A stretch of 64,000 nucleotides of DNA, from IMG/VR virus record IMGVR_UViG_3300042197_002147, positions 92,712 through 156,711 of that record; one strand, given 5' to 3'. The position numbers and the translations under genes are program-made. Numbering within the stretch: position 1 is the first letter of the stretch; each line of letters starts with the position of its first letter. The notes below the pieces were generated by a model. That model had not been told where the DNA came from. It saw only the letters and a program-made list of their open reading frames with translations, and did no database searches. Shown here one piece after another: positions 29,600 through 39,193 of the stretch. This stretch comes from a virus.

Positions 29600-30109
29600 T
29601 TAAACATTTACCCAACGATTCCATAAAACTAACTCATTTTCGTGTAAATGCTCTATTTGATAACCAATTGCATAAACTGGTTTTGGTTGTACCAAAAGTT
29701 TCATTTTTGCTTCGTGAGGTGTTCTGCTTCCTTTTTTCCTGTTGCAGTGCAAACAACAACAGACCATATTTTCCCATGTGTTGCCACCTCCCCTTGACCT
29801 CGGAATCACATGGTCTATCGTAGCAGATTTTTCCGATAAAGTAGAGGAACAGTATTGGCATTTTGATCTATCCCTTATTATTAAATTCTTTTTAGAAGGT
29901 CTTATTTCTGCTCTTGGTATGCGAACATACTTATTAAGCATCAATGCACTTGGTAAATAAAATATACCATTAGATGTCATAATCTGGTAGTCATTTTCAT
30001 AATTGTATGGTTTTGATGCCTTACCAGACATATAGAGTTGGACTGCGCGAATCCAATCTATTACTTTTATTACTTCTTCTGATGCGTTTAACAATAACAC
30101 TTTTCGCAT
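29600..30109 (-). CDS. HNH endonuclease (McrA-like)
   Basis: RD..CQYC...TIDHVIPRSRGG.NTWEN...C..CN..KG. Confidence 0.92.
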   Translation of the reverse strand: MRKVLLLNASEEVIKVIDWIRAVQLYMSGKASKPYNYENDYQIMTSNGIFYLPSALMLNKYVRIPRAEIRPSKKNLIIRDRSKCQYCSSTLSEKSATIDHVIPRSRGGGNTWENMVCCCLHCNRKKGSRTPHEAKMKLLVQPKPVYAIGYQIEHLHENELVLWNRWVNV

Positions 30110-30140
30110 AGTGGAATTATAGTAATCAGTTAATTATATG

Positions 30141-31313
30141 TCAAATAGAATTGTTTTTTCTTTTTAAGGAAATCTCGGCTGCCTTCTTTGCTCTCATGCG
30201 AAGAATTTCTCTTGGAGTCATCTGACTTTCTGGTTTTTGAGGCATTGGTCTTTGACCCAATTTTGCAACTATTTGATCGTGGGACATTCCACCACGATCA
30301 GAAAGGCGATCATATTCTGCATCCCATCTTTCCTCTTCTTCTTTGCCTTCATTTATTTTTTTCTTGCGAATCTGCCGTCTTTGGCGATCCAACATTTTAA
30401 TTGCATGAAGAAGCGATCCTTCATTTTTCTTTTTACGATCTAAAAAGTAACTTGTGTTTACATGATATGGTCTACTGGCAGAAAAATCACCTCTTTCTGG
30501 TTTCCAATCTTCATCCTCTACTTTTTGATGTTCGGTGTTAATTGTGTGCGTCTTTGATAATTTTTTGGATAAAAAGTCATATAAACTTTTTCTAGTATCT
30601 CTCAGATCTCCACTTTTAGTTTTTTGCATCTCTTCACTTGGTGTTGAACTGGTAAATATTATTCGATCTGGATTATGTGATTTTAAATGATGACGAATTG
30701 CAGGCAAAACTGTTCGGAAAATTCCTAAAGACTTGTGACCTTCTTCGTCGGTTTTGCGCGACTCGCCATCAATATCAAAACTGATTTCGCTTGTGGTTCT
30801 TATTCCTTTTCTTTGCAAGGAAGGATGGGATTCTCTGTGATGAATGTAAACATTACCTTCTTTTCCTTCTGGTGTTCTGAAGGAATAAGTGTGTGATCCT
30901 TGTTCTCTGTATTTGGGGCCAAGCATTTCTGCATTTTTTCCGAAAGTGAAATCGGGTCTAAATGTATATGATAAATTATTTGATCCTTTTATTTTTCCTC
31001 GGTATACACGACTATGAGAACTCATTGGATCTAGTACTTTAGTAAAATATGGGTGTTTGCGAATTTTTTCGACAAATTTATCTCTCTCATTAACATCATC
31101 ATCTGTTAATGGTTTTTCTTTTGCTAGTTTAGGAAGTCTTTTGTTTTCCTTGTCTGCTTGTCTTGTTAACTTCACATAATCTTTTAACATTTCTCTGCTG
31201 ACACCTTTAATTGGATAATCTGCATCTCCAACACGAGAATGTTTTGTTGCAAAGAGATTTTGTCTCTTCTTTACTGCTTCATTAAGTTGATTGACAAGTT
31301 TTTCTATTTTCAT
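30141..31313 (-). CDS. Late protein, paralog family with 47264 and 52798
   Basis: EISF.IDG...IFRTV..I..H...P..I.F...R..LY module; LNE/INE sites. Confidence 0.65.
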   Translation of the reverse strand: MKIEKLVNQLNEAVKKRQNLFATKHSRVGDADYPIKGVSREMLKDYVKLTRQADKENKRLPKLAKEKPLTDDDVNERDKFVEKIRKHPYFTKVLDPMSSHSRVYRGKIKGSNNLSYTFRPDFTFGKNAEMLGPKYREQGSHTYSFRTPEGKEGNVYIHHRESHPSLQRKGIRTTSEISFDIDGESRKTDEEGHKSLGIFRTVLPAIRHHLKSHNPDRIIFTSSTPSEEMQKTKSGDLRDTRKSLYDFLSKKLSKTHTINTEHQKVEDEDWKPERGDFSASRPYHVNTSYFLDRKKKNEGSLLHAIKMLDRQRRQIRKKKINEGKEEEERWDAEYDRLSDRGGMSHDQIVAKLGQRPMPQKPESQMTPREILRMRAKKAAEISLKRKNNSI

Positions 31314-32104
31314 TTTGAATATGTAGGTTCACCTTTCTGATTAAATCCAGACACCTTGCCTTGCCACATGGCGCCTTCCACTGATCTTCTTCTGACCAAA
31401 CCAGAACGAACTTGACCACCAGACTTGTTATAAAGGGACATAGCATTTGGTACTTCATGCCACTTTGATGGATCACTTAATTTTCCAGATATTGTCTCAA
31501 AACCTTTTTTGCCATAAAATCCTGTGCCAAAATTATGAGCAAACGATGTTACTGCTGCTTGCTGGTGTGGTTTCATTTTGTCCCAGTGTGGTACTGTCTT
31601 TGATAATTTGTTTTTCATATCTTCAACATGAGACTCAAGATGTTTGTCTGCTTCTTCTCTTGTGACACTATCACCAAGTTTTACTGGTCGTCCATCAGCG
31701 TGTCTTGTCATCCCCCATCCAATTGTCGGAACACCACTTTTTGTTAATTTATCAGCATAAGCATTTGATCTAAAACCTTCAAAATGTTTTATCACACCAT
31801 GCGAGAGATCAGTAAATCCAAGACCATTTGGTTTTGTTGGTTCTTGCTTTTGAACCTCTTTTTGTTTAGGTGCCGGGGATACTTGTGAAACAACCCTATT
31901 ACCAAGAGCATTGGGTTTTTCCTTTTGAGTATGCCCGGCTAGTGATAATGCAATTGGTACGGCTGCAAGACCAGCACCAATTCCTAAATTACGAATGAAA
32001 CTCTTTCCTTTTTTTGAAAAGATTGCTTCGTTTATTTTTTTTGTTTTTTTGGTCTTATACCTACAACCACAAGACTCTTCGTAAAACATTGAAAACGATT
32101 TCAT
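31310..32104 (-). CDS. GH24 lysozyme with CTS-like N-terminus and hydrophobic segment
   Basis: HFEGFR..AY.D...PTIGWG.T, SFAHNFG, GLVRRR..E. Confidence 0.88.
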   Translation of the reverse strand: MKSFSMFYEESCGCRYKTKKTKKINEAIFSKKGKSFIRNLGIGAGLAAVPIALSLAGHTQKEKPNALGNRVVSQVSPAPKQKEVQKQEPTKPNGLGFTDLSHGVIKHFEGFRSNAYADKLTKSGVPTIGWGMTRHADGRPVKLGDSVTREEADKHLESHVEDMKNKLSKTVPHWDKMKPHQQAAVTSFAHNFGTGFYGKKGFETISGKLSDPSKWHEVPNAMSLYNKSGGQVRSGLVRRRSVEGAMWQGKVSGFNQKGEPTYSK

Positions 32105-32481
32105 TCATAAAACTCCGGGTATTCTTTACCATACATTCTTATTAATCTGCCTGCAAGTGCATTTGCTTCATCTTCGTGTGGAGAACCAGTTGAACCATCT
32201 AACATACTAGGGTCATCAATTTCTTCATGTTGTTTTTGATGAACCATTTCATGTGCAATACTTCTGCAAATATCACAAAGAGCGCGGTTCTTTACATAAA
32301 TTTTCATTTCACCATTGCCAAGATTATAATTTGCAGTTGTCATTTCTGGTTCACGAACCACCAACAATTTTATTATTGGTTTTCTTTTAATACCAAGAAC
32401 ATTTGTTGCAAAGTCAACAAAATGCCCAACTTTAGAATTGAGTTCTGTTGCTTCACGAAGATGTTGTTTGAATTTTTTCAT
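32101..32481 (-). CDS. Zn metallopeptidase-like protein with CTS-like N-terminus
   Basis: MKKFKQHLRE; RSIAHEMVH..Q...EDEANA. Confidence 0.75.
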   Translation of the reverse strand: MKKFKQHLREATELNSKVGHFVDFATNVLGIKRKPIIKLLVVREPEMTTANYNLGNGEMKIYVKNRALCDICRSIAHEMVHQKQHEEIDDPSMLDGSTGSPHEDEANALAGRLIRMYGKEYPEFYE

Positions 32482-33116
32482 TATGGTTTTGGTGGTGGTG
32501 GTGGAGGTGGTGGCGGTGGAGGTGGTGGGGGAATCACTGGGATAGGGAAAGGAACCGGGAATATATCTTTCGTAGGAGTTCCCCCCTTGAATGGATATTC
32601 ATACATTGGTGGTTCGTAAGGTTCACCCGGAAGTTTTGGCCAATGATATGGCCAATCTTTATTCCATTTCCACTTTCCTACGGGACTTTCATCTCTTATT
32701 GCCGGTTTGTAAAATCGGTTTCCCGGAACTGCTGGACCGTTCCACCATTGATCCCATTTTTTTGCCCCCTTGTCAAGAAGACCCCATGGAATCACTTTTA
32801 AAGCTAGCTTCGCCAACCATTGGGACAATGATTCAGTTATATAATTTGCAACTTCATTTTTTTGTTGTTCTGTTATCTGTTGATTTAATAAAAATTTATA
32901 GTTATTTTTTATAAAATCTTCATCTTGTAACAGACATTCAAATAGAGTAAGAAGTGCAGCATCTTCTGTTGGTCTTTTTCTATTTTTATCCTCTAATAAA
33001 ATTTTATACATTTCTGGTGAATGATAAAGTTCTGTAATTATTTTTGATTTGTTTTCTAAAATAATTATTTTAAGATTTTCTTGAAGAGTGTATTGTTGTT
33101 GTTCAGTTAAATTCAT
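32481..33116 (-). CDS. Precursor-like protein: helical leader, amphipathic helix, Pro-rich tail
   Basis: ITE/SLSQWLAKLALKVIPWGLL...long poly-Pro. Confidence 0.7.
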   Translation of the reverse strand: MNLTEQQQYTLQENLKIIILENKSKIITELYHSPEMYKILLEDKNRKRPTEDAALLTLFECLLQDEDFIKNNYKFLLNQQITEQQKNEVANYITESLSQWLAKLALKVIPWGLLDKGAKKWDQWWNGPAVPGNRFYKPAIRDESPVGKWKWNKDWPYHWPKLPGEPYEPPMYEYPFKGGTPTKDIFPVPFPIPVIPPPPPPPPPPPPPPKP

Positions 33117-33313
33117 TTTTTTATATCTCTGATAAATTGTTTCAATGGAACATATTTTTTTATAGAGAAGCCCAATCTGTAAATTTTATTTTGAATTTTT
33201 TCAATTCCTGTTGGTTCTGGATAACCAGTTGGTGTGTTTAGTGGACCTATTTGTTTTTTTTGACCAGATGCTTTCTGATTTGCTTTAAAGTTCATTTTGT
33301 TTGAGCTTTTCAT
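33113..33313 (-). CDS. Hypothetical protein
   Basis: Short ORF overlapping both neighbours. Confidence 0.5.
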   Translation of the reverse strand: MKSSNKMNFKANQKASGQKKQIGPLNTPTGYPEPTGIEKIQNKIYRLGFSIKKYVPLKQFIRDIKK

Positions 33314-33818
33314 TTAGAATTTGAATGTATCTGTGTCTCAACATTTCTGGTAAATCGACACTTGGTGGTGGTGAGCCTGGTTTAGGTAATGGTATTGTCA
33401 CATGTTTCCAACCTTCTTGTGGGTCAAAGTGCCATGGATTGTTAGCGGGAATTGTTCCCCACCCTGGCCAAAATGGACCAGGATCTCCGGGATGAAAGTC
33501 TGGACCCCATTGACCGGGTGGAACCCAGTCGCCCCAATTTCCACCACCGGGAGTAAATGGCATATTGGGTGGAATATCTGGATTATATCCTTGCGGTCCG
33601 ATATCATCGCCCTGTCTTATTATACCTCTTATCCAATCTTTTATTACTCTCCTCAGTTCTGGTGGTATTCTTCCCTCTTTAAGTTCGCCTGAGTTTTCTA
33701 AATTAAAAATTATATAATTTAAGAAACTTTCCTCTAACATCATTTTTTCTATGATGTTTGAGCATTTTTTGTGTTCACTTAAAAATTTTGTAACTGATTG
33801 TTTTAGATTCTTATTCAT
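33285..33818 (-). CDS. Precursor-like protein: leader, amphipathic helix, Pro/Gly/Trp-rich tail
   Basis: LKE/GRIPPELRRVIKDWIRGIIRQG... Confidence 0.7.
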   Translation of the reverse strand: MNKNLKQSVTKFLSEHKKCSNIIEKMMLEESFLNYIIFNLENSGELKEGRIPPELRRVIKDWIRGIIRQGDDIGPQGYNPDIPPNMPFTPGGGNWGDWVPPGQWGPDFHPGDPGPFWPGWGTIPANNPWHFDPQEGWKHVTIPLPKPGSPPPSVDLPEMLRHRYIQILNEKLKQNEL

Positions 33819-34002
33819 TTTTGTTTAATCTCTCTTTCCTTATTTTGCAACATTTGTCACAATTACACCTTGTAATTTTTTTACCATTTTTTGACTTATG
33901 ATTTCTTTTTAGTTTTTTGAATTTGTCTTTTTCTTGTTTTCTTTTTCGATGAATATGCTTTGATTTTTTTAAGTTGTCGAGATATTCCTCGTATGAATTC
34001 AT
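33811..34002 (-). CDS. Small highly basic protein
   Basis: K/R-rich, CNCDKCC. Confidence 0.55.
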   Translation of the reverse strand: MNSYEEYLDNLKKSKHIHRKRKQEKDKFKKLKRNHKSKNGKKITRCNCDKCCKIRKERLNKNE

Positions 34003-34006
34003 TCAA

Positions 34007-34738
34007 CTAAATTCCCTTTTTACTTCTTCTCCATGCTCGAACAAGAGCAATTCTGTTTGCTGCATTGTTCAGATCTTTATAAACATTTCCCGATGGTTTT
34101 ACTCCGGCACTTTTAATTGTTGATTTAATTTTATTTTCTGTTGTTGGATCTACTTTGAATCCCATTGCTGTTGAAAAATCTTGTTTTGGTTTTTTACCTT
34201 TAGAAACTTTTTGAGGTTTTTGTTGTGTAGAAACATCTATTTCTTCTTTTACAGTTTCTTGATTTTTCTTTGCAAATCCAACATTCGGATCTCTTATTGT
34301 ATCCAACACCCATTGATTTAGTGGAGAATCTAGCACAGTTTGTGGATTTGCGTTTTGTGAAATTGGGAGTTCTTCAATTCCTGTATCTGGACTGACAAGA
34401 CCCATTTGAATTCCCTTTTGCTTTACCATTTGAAGTCTTTCATTTTGTCTTGCTTTATTTAATGCTTGCCATGGTTTTGCTGCTTTATCAATGTCAACGC
34501 CATATTTTTTTGCAACATTTTTTGCAAAATCATAGTCCTTGGAAGTAATTTCAAAACCCATTCCTAGTCTTGTTTCTTTGTTTTTAGGATCGAAACCAGC
34601 ACCAGCAGGATTTTGAACTAATATTTTTCCTTGGTATCCACCTGCAAGCGCCGAAGCAGCACCCAAGTCATCACCAACAGGGGTAATTCCACCGGGGTCT
34701 ATTTCTCCAACACTGTATTCTTTTAACAATTTTTTCAT
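34007..34738 (-). CDS. Hypothetical late protein (MKKLLKE)
   Basis: Long ORF in operon. Confidence 0.65.
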   Translation of the reverse strand: MKKLLKEYSVGEIDPGGITPVGDDLGAASALAGGYQGKILVQNPAGAGFDPKNKETRLGMGFEITSKDYDFAKNVAKKYGVDIDKAAKPWQALNKARQNERLQMVKQKGIQMGLVSPDTGIEELPISQNANPQTVLDSPLNQWVLDTIRDPNVGFAKKNQETVKEEIDVSTQQKPQKVSKGKKPKQDFSTAMGFKVDPTTENKIKSTIKSAGVKPSGNVYKDLNNAANRIALVRAWRRSKKGI

Positions 34739-35127
34739 TTTAGTCCATTTCTCGTCAGGTTTATAATTTTATTTATCTGAAGATCACATTGTGCTATTCT
34801 TTGAGCTCCTGGCCAATAAATGTAATCTTTTTCTTTGTTTTTCTTCAGATTTAATAGCAAGGGAACTATATTTTTTTCTAATTCCAATAGGCGTGCTTTC
34901 ATCAATTCATCATATTGAGCCTTTACAGCAATTGCACCCTCACAAGTAGAGTTCATTTCTATGATTTGATCTAATTTTGCCTTTATTGCTGTTATTTCTT
35001 CGCTATCGGTTGATGGATTTAATATGGATCCCAACTCATTTTGATCTACTGTACTAAAACCAAAATCAGACCCTTCTTCCATGTATTGTTTTAAAATGTC
35101 GTCTGGAATATTTTCCTGAAATGCCAT
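34735..35127 (-). CDS. Conserved T4-like hypothetical protein
   Basis: DFGFS..D...PLL.NLKKN..K.YIYWP. Confidence 0.7.
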   Translation of the reverse strand: MAFQENIPDDILKQYMEEGSDFGFSTVDQNELGSILNPSTDSEEITAIKAKLDQIIEMNSTCEGAIAVKAQYDELMKARLLELEKNIVPLLLNLKKNKEKDYIYWPGAQRIAQCDLQINKIINLTRNGLK

Positions 35128-35143
35128 ATTGTCCTCTTTTTGA

Positions 35144-35155
35144 TATTTATAAATA
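35144..35155. promoter_or_regulatory. Bidirectional T4-type late promoter
   Basis: Palindrome TATTTATAAATA (TATAAATA on both strands) between divergent genes. Confidence 0.75.
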
Positions 35156-35179
35156 CAAATAAGTAAAGCGGAGACTTAT

Positions 35180-37855
35180 ATGAATCACAAAATAATTACC
35201 GAAAAAGAAAAATATTTAATCTCACAATTCATAAATGAAGAATTAAAAAATTTAGAAAAATTCATACAAACTCAGAGTGTGCTGGAAGAAAAAAAAGAAT
35301 TAAGATCCATGCTGGAGTCTTTGAATAGACCAAACATAACACACGAAATGTTACATGAGGGAAAACTCAAGGAGATATGGAAGTGGGTAAAAAAACTTTT
35401 CGGGGCGGCAGATGATGTTGCTCCACCAAAACCACCAGTTCCCACCCCACCACCACCATTTCCCAACAGACCCTCGCATCGGGTTCCGAATCCAGGAGAT
35501 GATGACTTCCAAGGAGCTCCATGGGACTGGACCGGACCAGAACCATGGGGTCCTTATGATTTAGATCCGTTAGACATTGACCCCAACGATTTAAACGAAA
35601 GTATATCATTAATTGACAGAATCAATGCCCTCGAAGAACTGTCAAATCAGTTGAACAGGAATTTGGTAAATGAATCAACCGAACTTACGAACTATTTGCT
35701 TGAAGCAATGGTCATGTTGAAAGATAAAAATTCAACATATAAAAATCTTTTAGAACGCTTTGGTAAAAAGTTTTTTGCATATTATATACCAAAAAGTACA
35801 TTTGACAGACTTATGGAAAACAAGACAAGAGGCAAGAAAATGGCCCCACCTCTCTTGCCTCCTTTGATTCCACAAGGCAAAAGAAACATTTTTTCAAATG
35901 ACGAAACCAATGATGGAAATATGGCACCACCGTTATTTCCGGGTAGCAGATTGTTGTCAAAATCAAACAGACCCCGTGGAGCATATCCAGTAGATGATGC
36001 TAGAATGGCACCACCGCTTCCAACTCCAAAAACACCTTTTGGTAGACCAACTTCATCTGGTGAACCAGAAGCACCATTCCAATATCCAAGTGGAGAGTGG
36101 AACGGAATTCCAATACCAGAGAATTATAAAAAATCAAACAGTGTTAGAAAGTTTTTAGGTATGGATTCTGAAGATTCAATCACACCACTGCCAGCACCAA
36201 ATATGCCAACTTTGGTTCCAATGAAAGAACCAAAAATGCAACAACAACACGGTGGTTTGATTCCACCGCCACAACAAGAAAGTTTTGTAGATTACAAAAA
36301 AAGGTGCTTAGAATCCTTAAATAAAATTGAAGAACAAATCTACTTATCAGAATCAATAACAAAAACAAAAGAAAATCAAGAGATACTTAAGCTTATACCC
36401 GTCTTGAGAGAAAACATAATTTCTTCTACAAATTATCAACAATTAAATGAGTTTATAGGGATGATAGGCAAATGGTTAGCTAAAAATTGGCCGCAACTTG
36501 CTTGGGACACTGGTGTAGAAACTGGTGTAGATATCTGGAAAGATAGTTATGATGATCCAAACTCTAATCCCGGAGGTTTTGGTCAATGGCCAAAAAATTT
36601 CGATGATGCATTTCCACCGATAACTATTCCAAACCCACCCCCAGGCGGTCTTCCTCCTCCGGGTGCAAATCCCTATCCATACCCACCGGCAAATTTTCCT
36701 CCAAAGGGGCCAGTTTTTGAAAACAAAATTTCATTTATACTCAAAGTAAAAGAACAACTAACTTTATCTGAGAGTATAAAAAAAACCATAGATGGTCAAG
36801 AAAAATTAAAATACATAGATTTTATTTTAGAAAATGCAGAAAGTAAACCAGAATTACTGAATGAATTTGTGCCGTTTGTCATAGGAGCAATTGCCAAAAC
36901 AGCAATGGATTTGGCTATTTGGGATGCACTTTCTAATCCAAATAAGTTCAACTGGTTTGGATTTGGAGGTCCACCAGCACCACCAGCACAAAAAGATCCA
37001 AAAGAGACACCAATAACAATTAAACCATGGAAACCGTGGACGCCACCACCTCCACCTTATTATGGTCAATTAACAGGAAAAACCCCTTCTGGTCAGTCAT
37101 CTGGTGAAAAAACTCCAACCACGCCAAAAGTTTCAGCAGAGGTTACTGAAAAATTCTTAAATGAAAAGAGAAGACGCGGAGGATCATCGGAGCAACCTCC
37201 ACCCCCGCCGCCAGGAGGACCTCTCGTGCCAGGAGTACTTCCACGGTGGAAACATGGTGGAGGGTTGTTGCCACCAAAAACTCCAAAACTTGACAAATAT
37301 TCACCAATGGCAGGATACGAGGACCCTAGTCCTCCATCTCCTCCACCGAATCCACCGCCACCACATGGTCCATGGGGTCCGCCACCACCACCGCCACCAC
37401 CAGGCCCACCACCAGGCCCACCACCGCCACCACCAGGCTCGCCACCAGGCCCACCACCAGGCTCGCCACCAGGCCCACCACCGCCACCACCCGGTTATTT
37501 GATGTCTCGGCCGCCGTCACCATTCCCACCGCTCCCACCACCGCCCCCACCGGGAGGTCGTCCAACTAGGCCTAGTTTCCCACCTCCTCCTCCACCACCA
37601 CCACCTTATCCAATGGTGACTGATATGGGATCGGGATCATCGGTTTACGAAGAACTAATTTCTGATGAACACCGTGTGAAATTGATGAGTTTGATTTCCG
37701 AAAGATATGAAAAGATTTTGATATCTGAAACAATTTCAAAATCTTTAAAATCTCAAGAAGAAAAGAGGCAATTAGAAGAATTGTATAAGTTGGTTTTTGA
37801 TCAAACATCAACATATGACAAATTACCTAATTTTCTGAAAGACTCTTTAAAATAA
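35180..37855 (+). CDS. Repetitive precursor/polyprotein with helical spacers and Pro-rich cores
   Basis: Repeated L(S/I)SE(S/T)I.K...QE spacers; LHE/LNE/LLE sites followed by amphipathic and Pro-rich segments. Confidence 0.8.
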   Translation: MNHKIITEKEKYLISQFINEELKNLEKFIQTQSVLEEKKELRSMLESLNRPNITHEMLHEGKLKEIWKWVKKLFGAADDVAPPKPPVPTPPPPFPNRPSHRVPNPGDDDFQGAPWDWTGPEPWGPYDLDPLDIDPNDLNESISLIDRINALEELSNQLNRNLVNESTELTNYLLEAMVMLKDKNSTYKNLLERFGKKFFAYYIPKSTFDRLMENKTRGKKMAPPLLPPLIPQGKRNIFSNDETNDGNMAPPLFPGSRLLSKSNRPRGAYPVDDARMAPPLPTPKTPFGRPTSSGEPEAPFQYPSGEWNGIPIPENYKKSNSVRKFLGMDSEDSITPLPAPNMPTLVPMKEPKMQQQHGGLIPPPQQESFVDYKKRCLESLNKIEEQIYLSESITKTKENQEILKLIPVLRENIISSTNYQQLNEFIGMIGKWLAKNWPQLAWDTGVETGVDIWKDSYDDPNSNPGGFGQWPKNFDDAFPPITIPNPPPGGLPPPGANPYPYPPANFPPKGPVFENKISFILKVKEQLTLSESIKKTIDGQEKLKYIDFILENAESKPELLNEFVPFVIGAIAKTAMDLAIWDALSNPNKFNWFGFGGPPAPPAQKDPKETPITIKPWKPWTPPPPPYYGQLTGKTPSGQSSGEKTPTTPKVSAEVTEKFLNEKRRRGGSSEQPPPPPPGGPLVPGVLPRWKHGGGLLPPKTPKLDKYSPMAGYEDPSPPSPPPNPPPPHGPWGPPPPPPPPGPPPGPPPPPPGSPPGPPPGSPPGPPPPPPGYLMSRPPSPFPPLPPPPPPGGRPTRPSFPPPPPPPPPYPMVTDMGSGSSVYEELISDEHRVKLMSLISERYEKILISETISKSLKSQEEKRQLEELYKLVFDQTSTYDKLPNFLKDSLK
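37325..37610 (+). repeat. CCA-rich tandem repeats encoding PPPG(S/P) / poly-Pro
   Basis: CCACCAGGC(TCG/CCA) units, including a 24-bp tandem duplication. Confidence 0.85.
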
Positions 37856-37867
37856 TTTAAAGCACAT

Positions 37868-38476
37868 TCAAGAGAATGCCCGTGAGAGTTCCTTTTGAAC
37901 TCTTGCGGGCATTTTCACATGGCTTTGTGGTCTAAAGTTTTTAGGCATCACATCAAGTGCTCGGCGCGATGTCTCAAGATCATATTTTGTTCTTTGTGTT
38001 TTGTATATTTTCCACATATGATGCATATAGATGTAAAGATTAGCGCGTTTGATGTACAACTGTTCATCAAATTTGATACCCCATTGTTTTAATAAACGAA
38101 CGGTTCGTATTTCGCAGTCTCTTTCCATCTCCATGATGACTCTAAACGCTCTGTCTACTTCTTTGTCAGACCATCTGCCATAATTTCCTATTGATACCTC
38201 ATGCACAATAAATTGTGCATTTGATTCCTTTTTCATTTTTTGATCGGAAGATTCTAACCACTGAAGAAAATGGCAGTATTCGTGCGCCAAGACATTCAAC
38301 CAAACTCCATTGTTTTTGGCCACGCGAATTTCTTTTATTGTTCTGTTCGCAAGAAAATATCCCGAACATCGGGATTCCCCGACATTGACATTTTCGCCTT
38401 TTCCAAATATGAGTTTAAACCCATATTCTCTCAAATGATTGCGAATATGTTTCACGAACTCGGCTTCCTTACTCAT
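37868..38476 (-). CDS. HExxH metallopeptidase-like protein
   Basis: LAHEYCHFLQ...ERDCE. Confidence 0.7.
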   Translation of the reverse strand: MSKEAEFVKHIRNHLREYGFKLIFGKGENVNVGESRCSGYFLANRTIKEIRVAKNNGVWLNVLAHEYCHFLQWLESSDQKMKKESNAQFIVHEVSIGNYGRWSDKEVDRAFRVIMEMERDCEIRTVRLLKQWGIKFDEQLYIKRANLYIYMHHMWKIYKTQRTKYDLETSRRALDVMPKNFRPQSHVKMPARVQKELSRAFS

Positions 38477-38545
38477 GGTGTACCTCCTTCGTTCTCTTAT
38501 ATGTAGGAGTCTACCAAAGTGTTTTTACGAATTCAAGTTTATATG

Positions 38546-38827
38546 TTATTTTTTATTTTGTCTGCGGCGATAATTCAAGTAGGCAGGAAGAACATAACCA
38601 CCAATCATTCCCATTCCGGTTCCGGCCGCGGCGCCTGCGCCTGCAATTTGTGCCTTTTCTGTTGGAATATTTGTCATACCAACTGAATTGGTGTAATCAG
38701 TCATTGCTTTACCATACATCGCACCGGGAATGGCAAGACTTCCCGCAAGTGTTAAATATTTTAATCTCCACTTGTCTGTTGGTGTAAGGAAACCTTCTTG
38801 TAGTAGATGTTGCTTAAATGATTTCAT
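38546..38827 (-). CDS. CTS-like small protein with hydrophobic Gly-rich helices
   Basis: ATAAATA-5 nt-ATG; MKSFKQHLLQE. Confidence 0.65.
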   Translation of the reverse strand: MKSFKQHLLQEGFLTPTDKWRLKYLTLAGSLAIPGAMYGKAMTDYTNSVGMTNIPTEKAQIAGAGAAAGTGMGMIGGYVLPAYLNYRRRQNKK

Positions 38828-38871
38828 GTAACTATTTATGCCGAGTGCTGTTTTACTATCATCACGGGCGT

Positions 38872-38900
38872 AAAAAAACCCGGTGCAACGAGCACCGGGT
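38872..38900 (-). terminator. Intrinsic terminator of the leftward early operon
   Basis: ACCCGGTGC/GCACCGGGT stem plus T7 on minus strand. Confidence 0.8.
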
Positions 38901-38917
38901 CTATGCAGACCAAACAA

Positions 38918-39193
38918 TCAGGAGATGGGAGCGTCGTCCGGGTCGGGGAAGTGTCGCGCCATCAGACTCGGCCCGGGAGGGGGAGTGCCAGGCCATCCTC
39001 GCGGCGCAGACTCACTCAGCACATCCTTGTACCGCTCTGCGAGAATCGGTTGAAGCGGCATATGCTTCACTCGCCGGCGCGCCTCCACGCGAATCCACTT
39101 CGGAACCCGAGGAGTCTTTTGTGGATCCATCAGGTCGTACAGAAACCGAGTGGCGGACAGAATTGCGTTGTACTCCTCATACGGTAGCGTCAT
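38918..39193 (-). CDS. BPSL0761-like hypothetical protein
   Basis: MTLPYE...L..L......PRVP..IR.EA....KH.P; GGAGG RBS. Confidence 0.6.
   Translation of the reverse strand: MTLPYEEYNAILSATRFLYDLMDPQKTPRVPKWIRVEARRRVKHMPLQPILAERYKDVLSESAPRGWPGTPPPGPSLMARHFPDPDDAPIS

Noticed and set aside
37161-37569. His-rich and Thr/Arg-rich alternative-frame ORFs; CRISPR-like appearance of the repeats
   Set aside because: By-products of CCA-rich poly-Pro coding; no repeat-spacer periodicity
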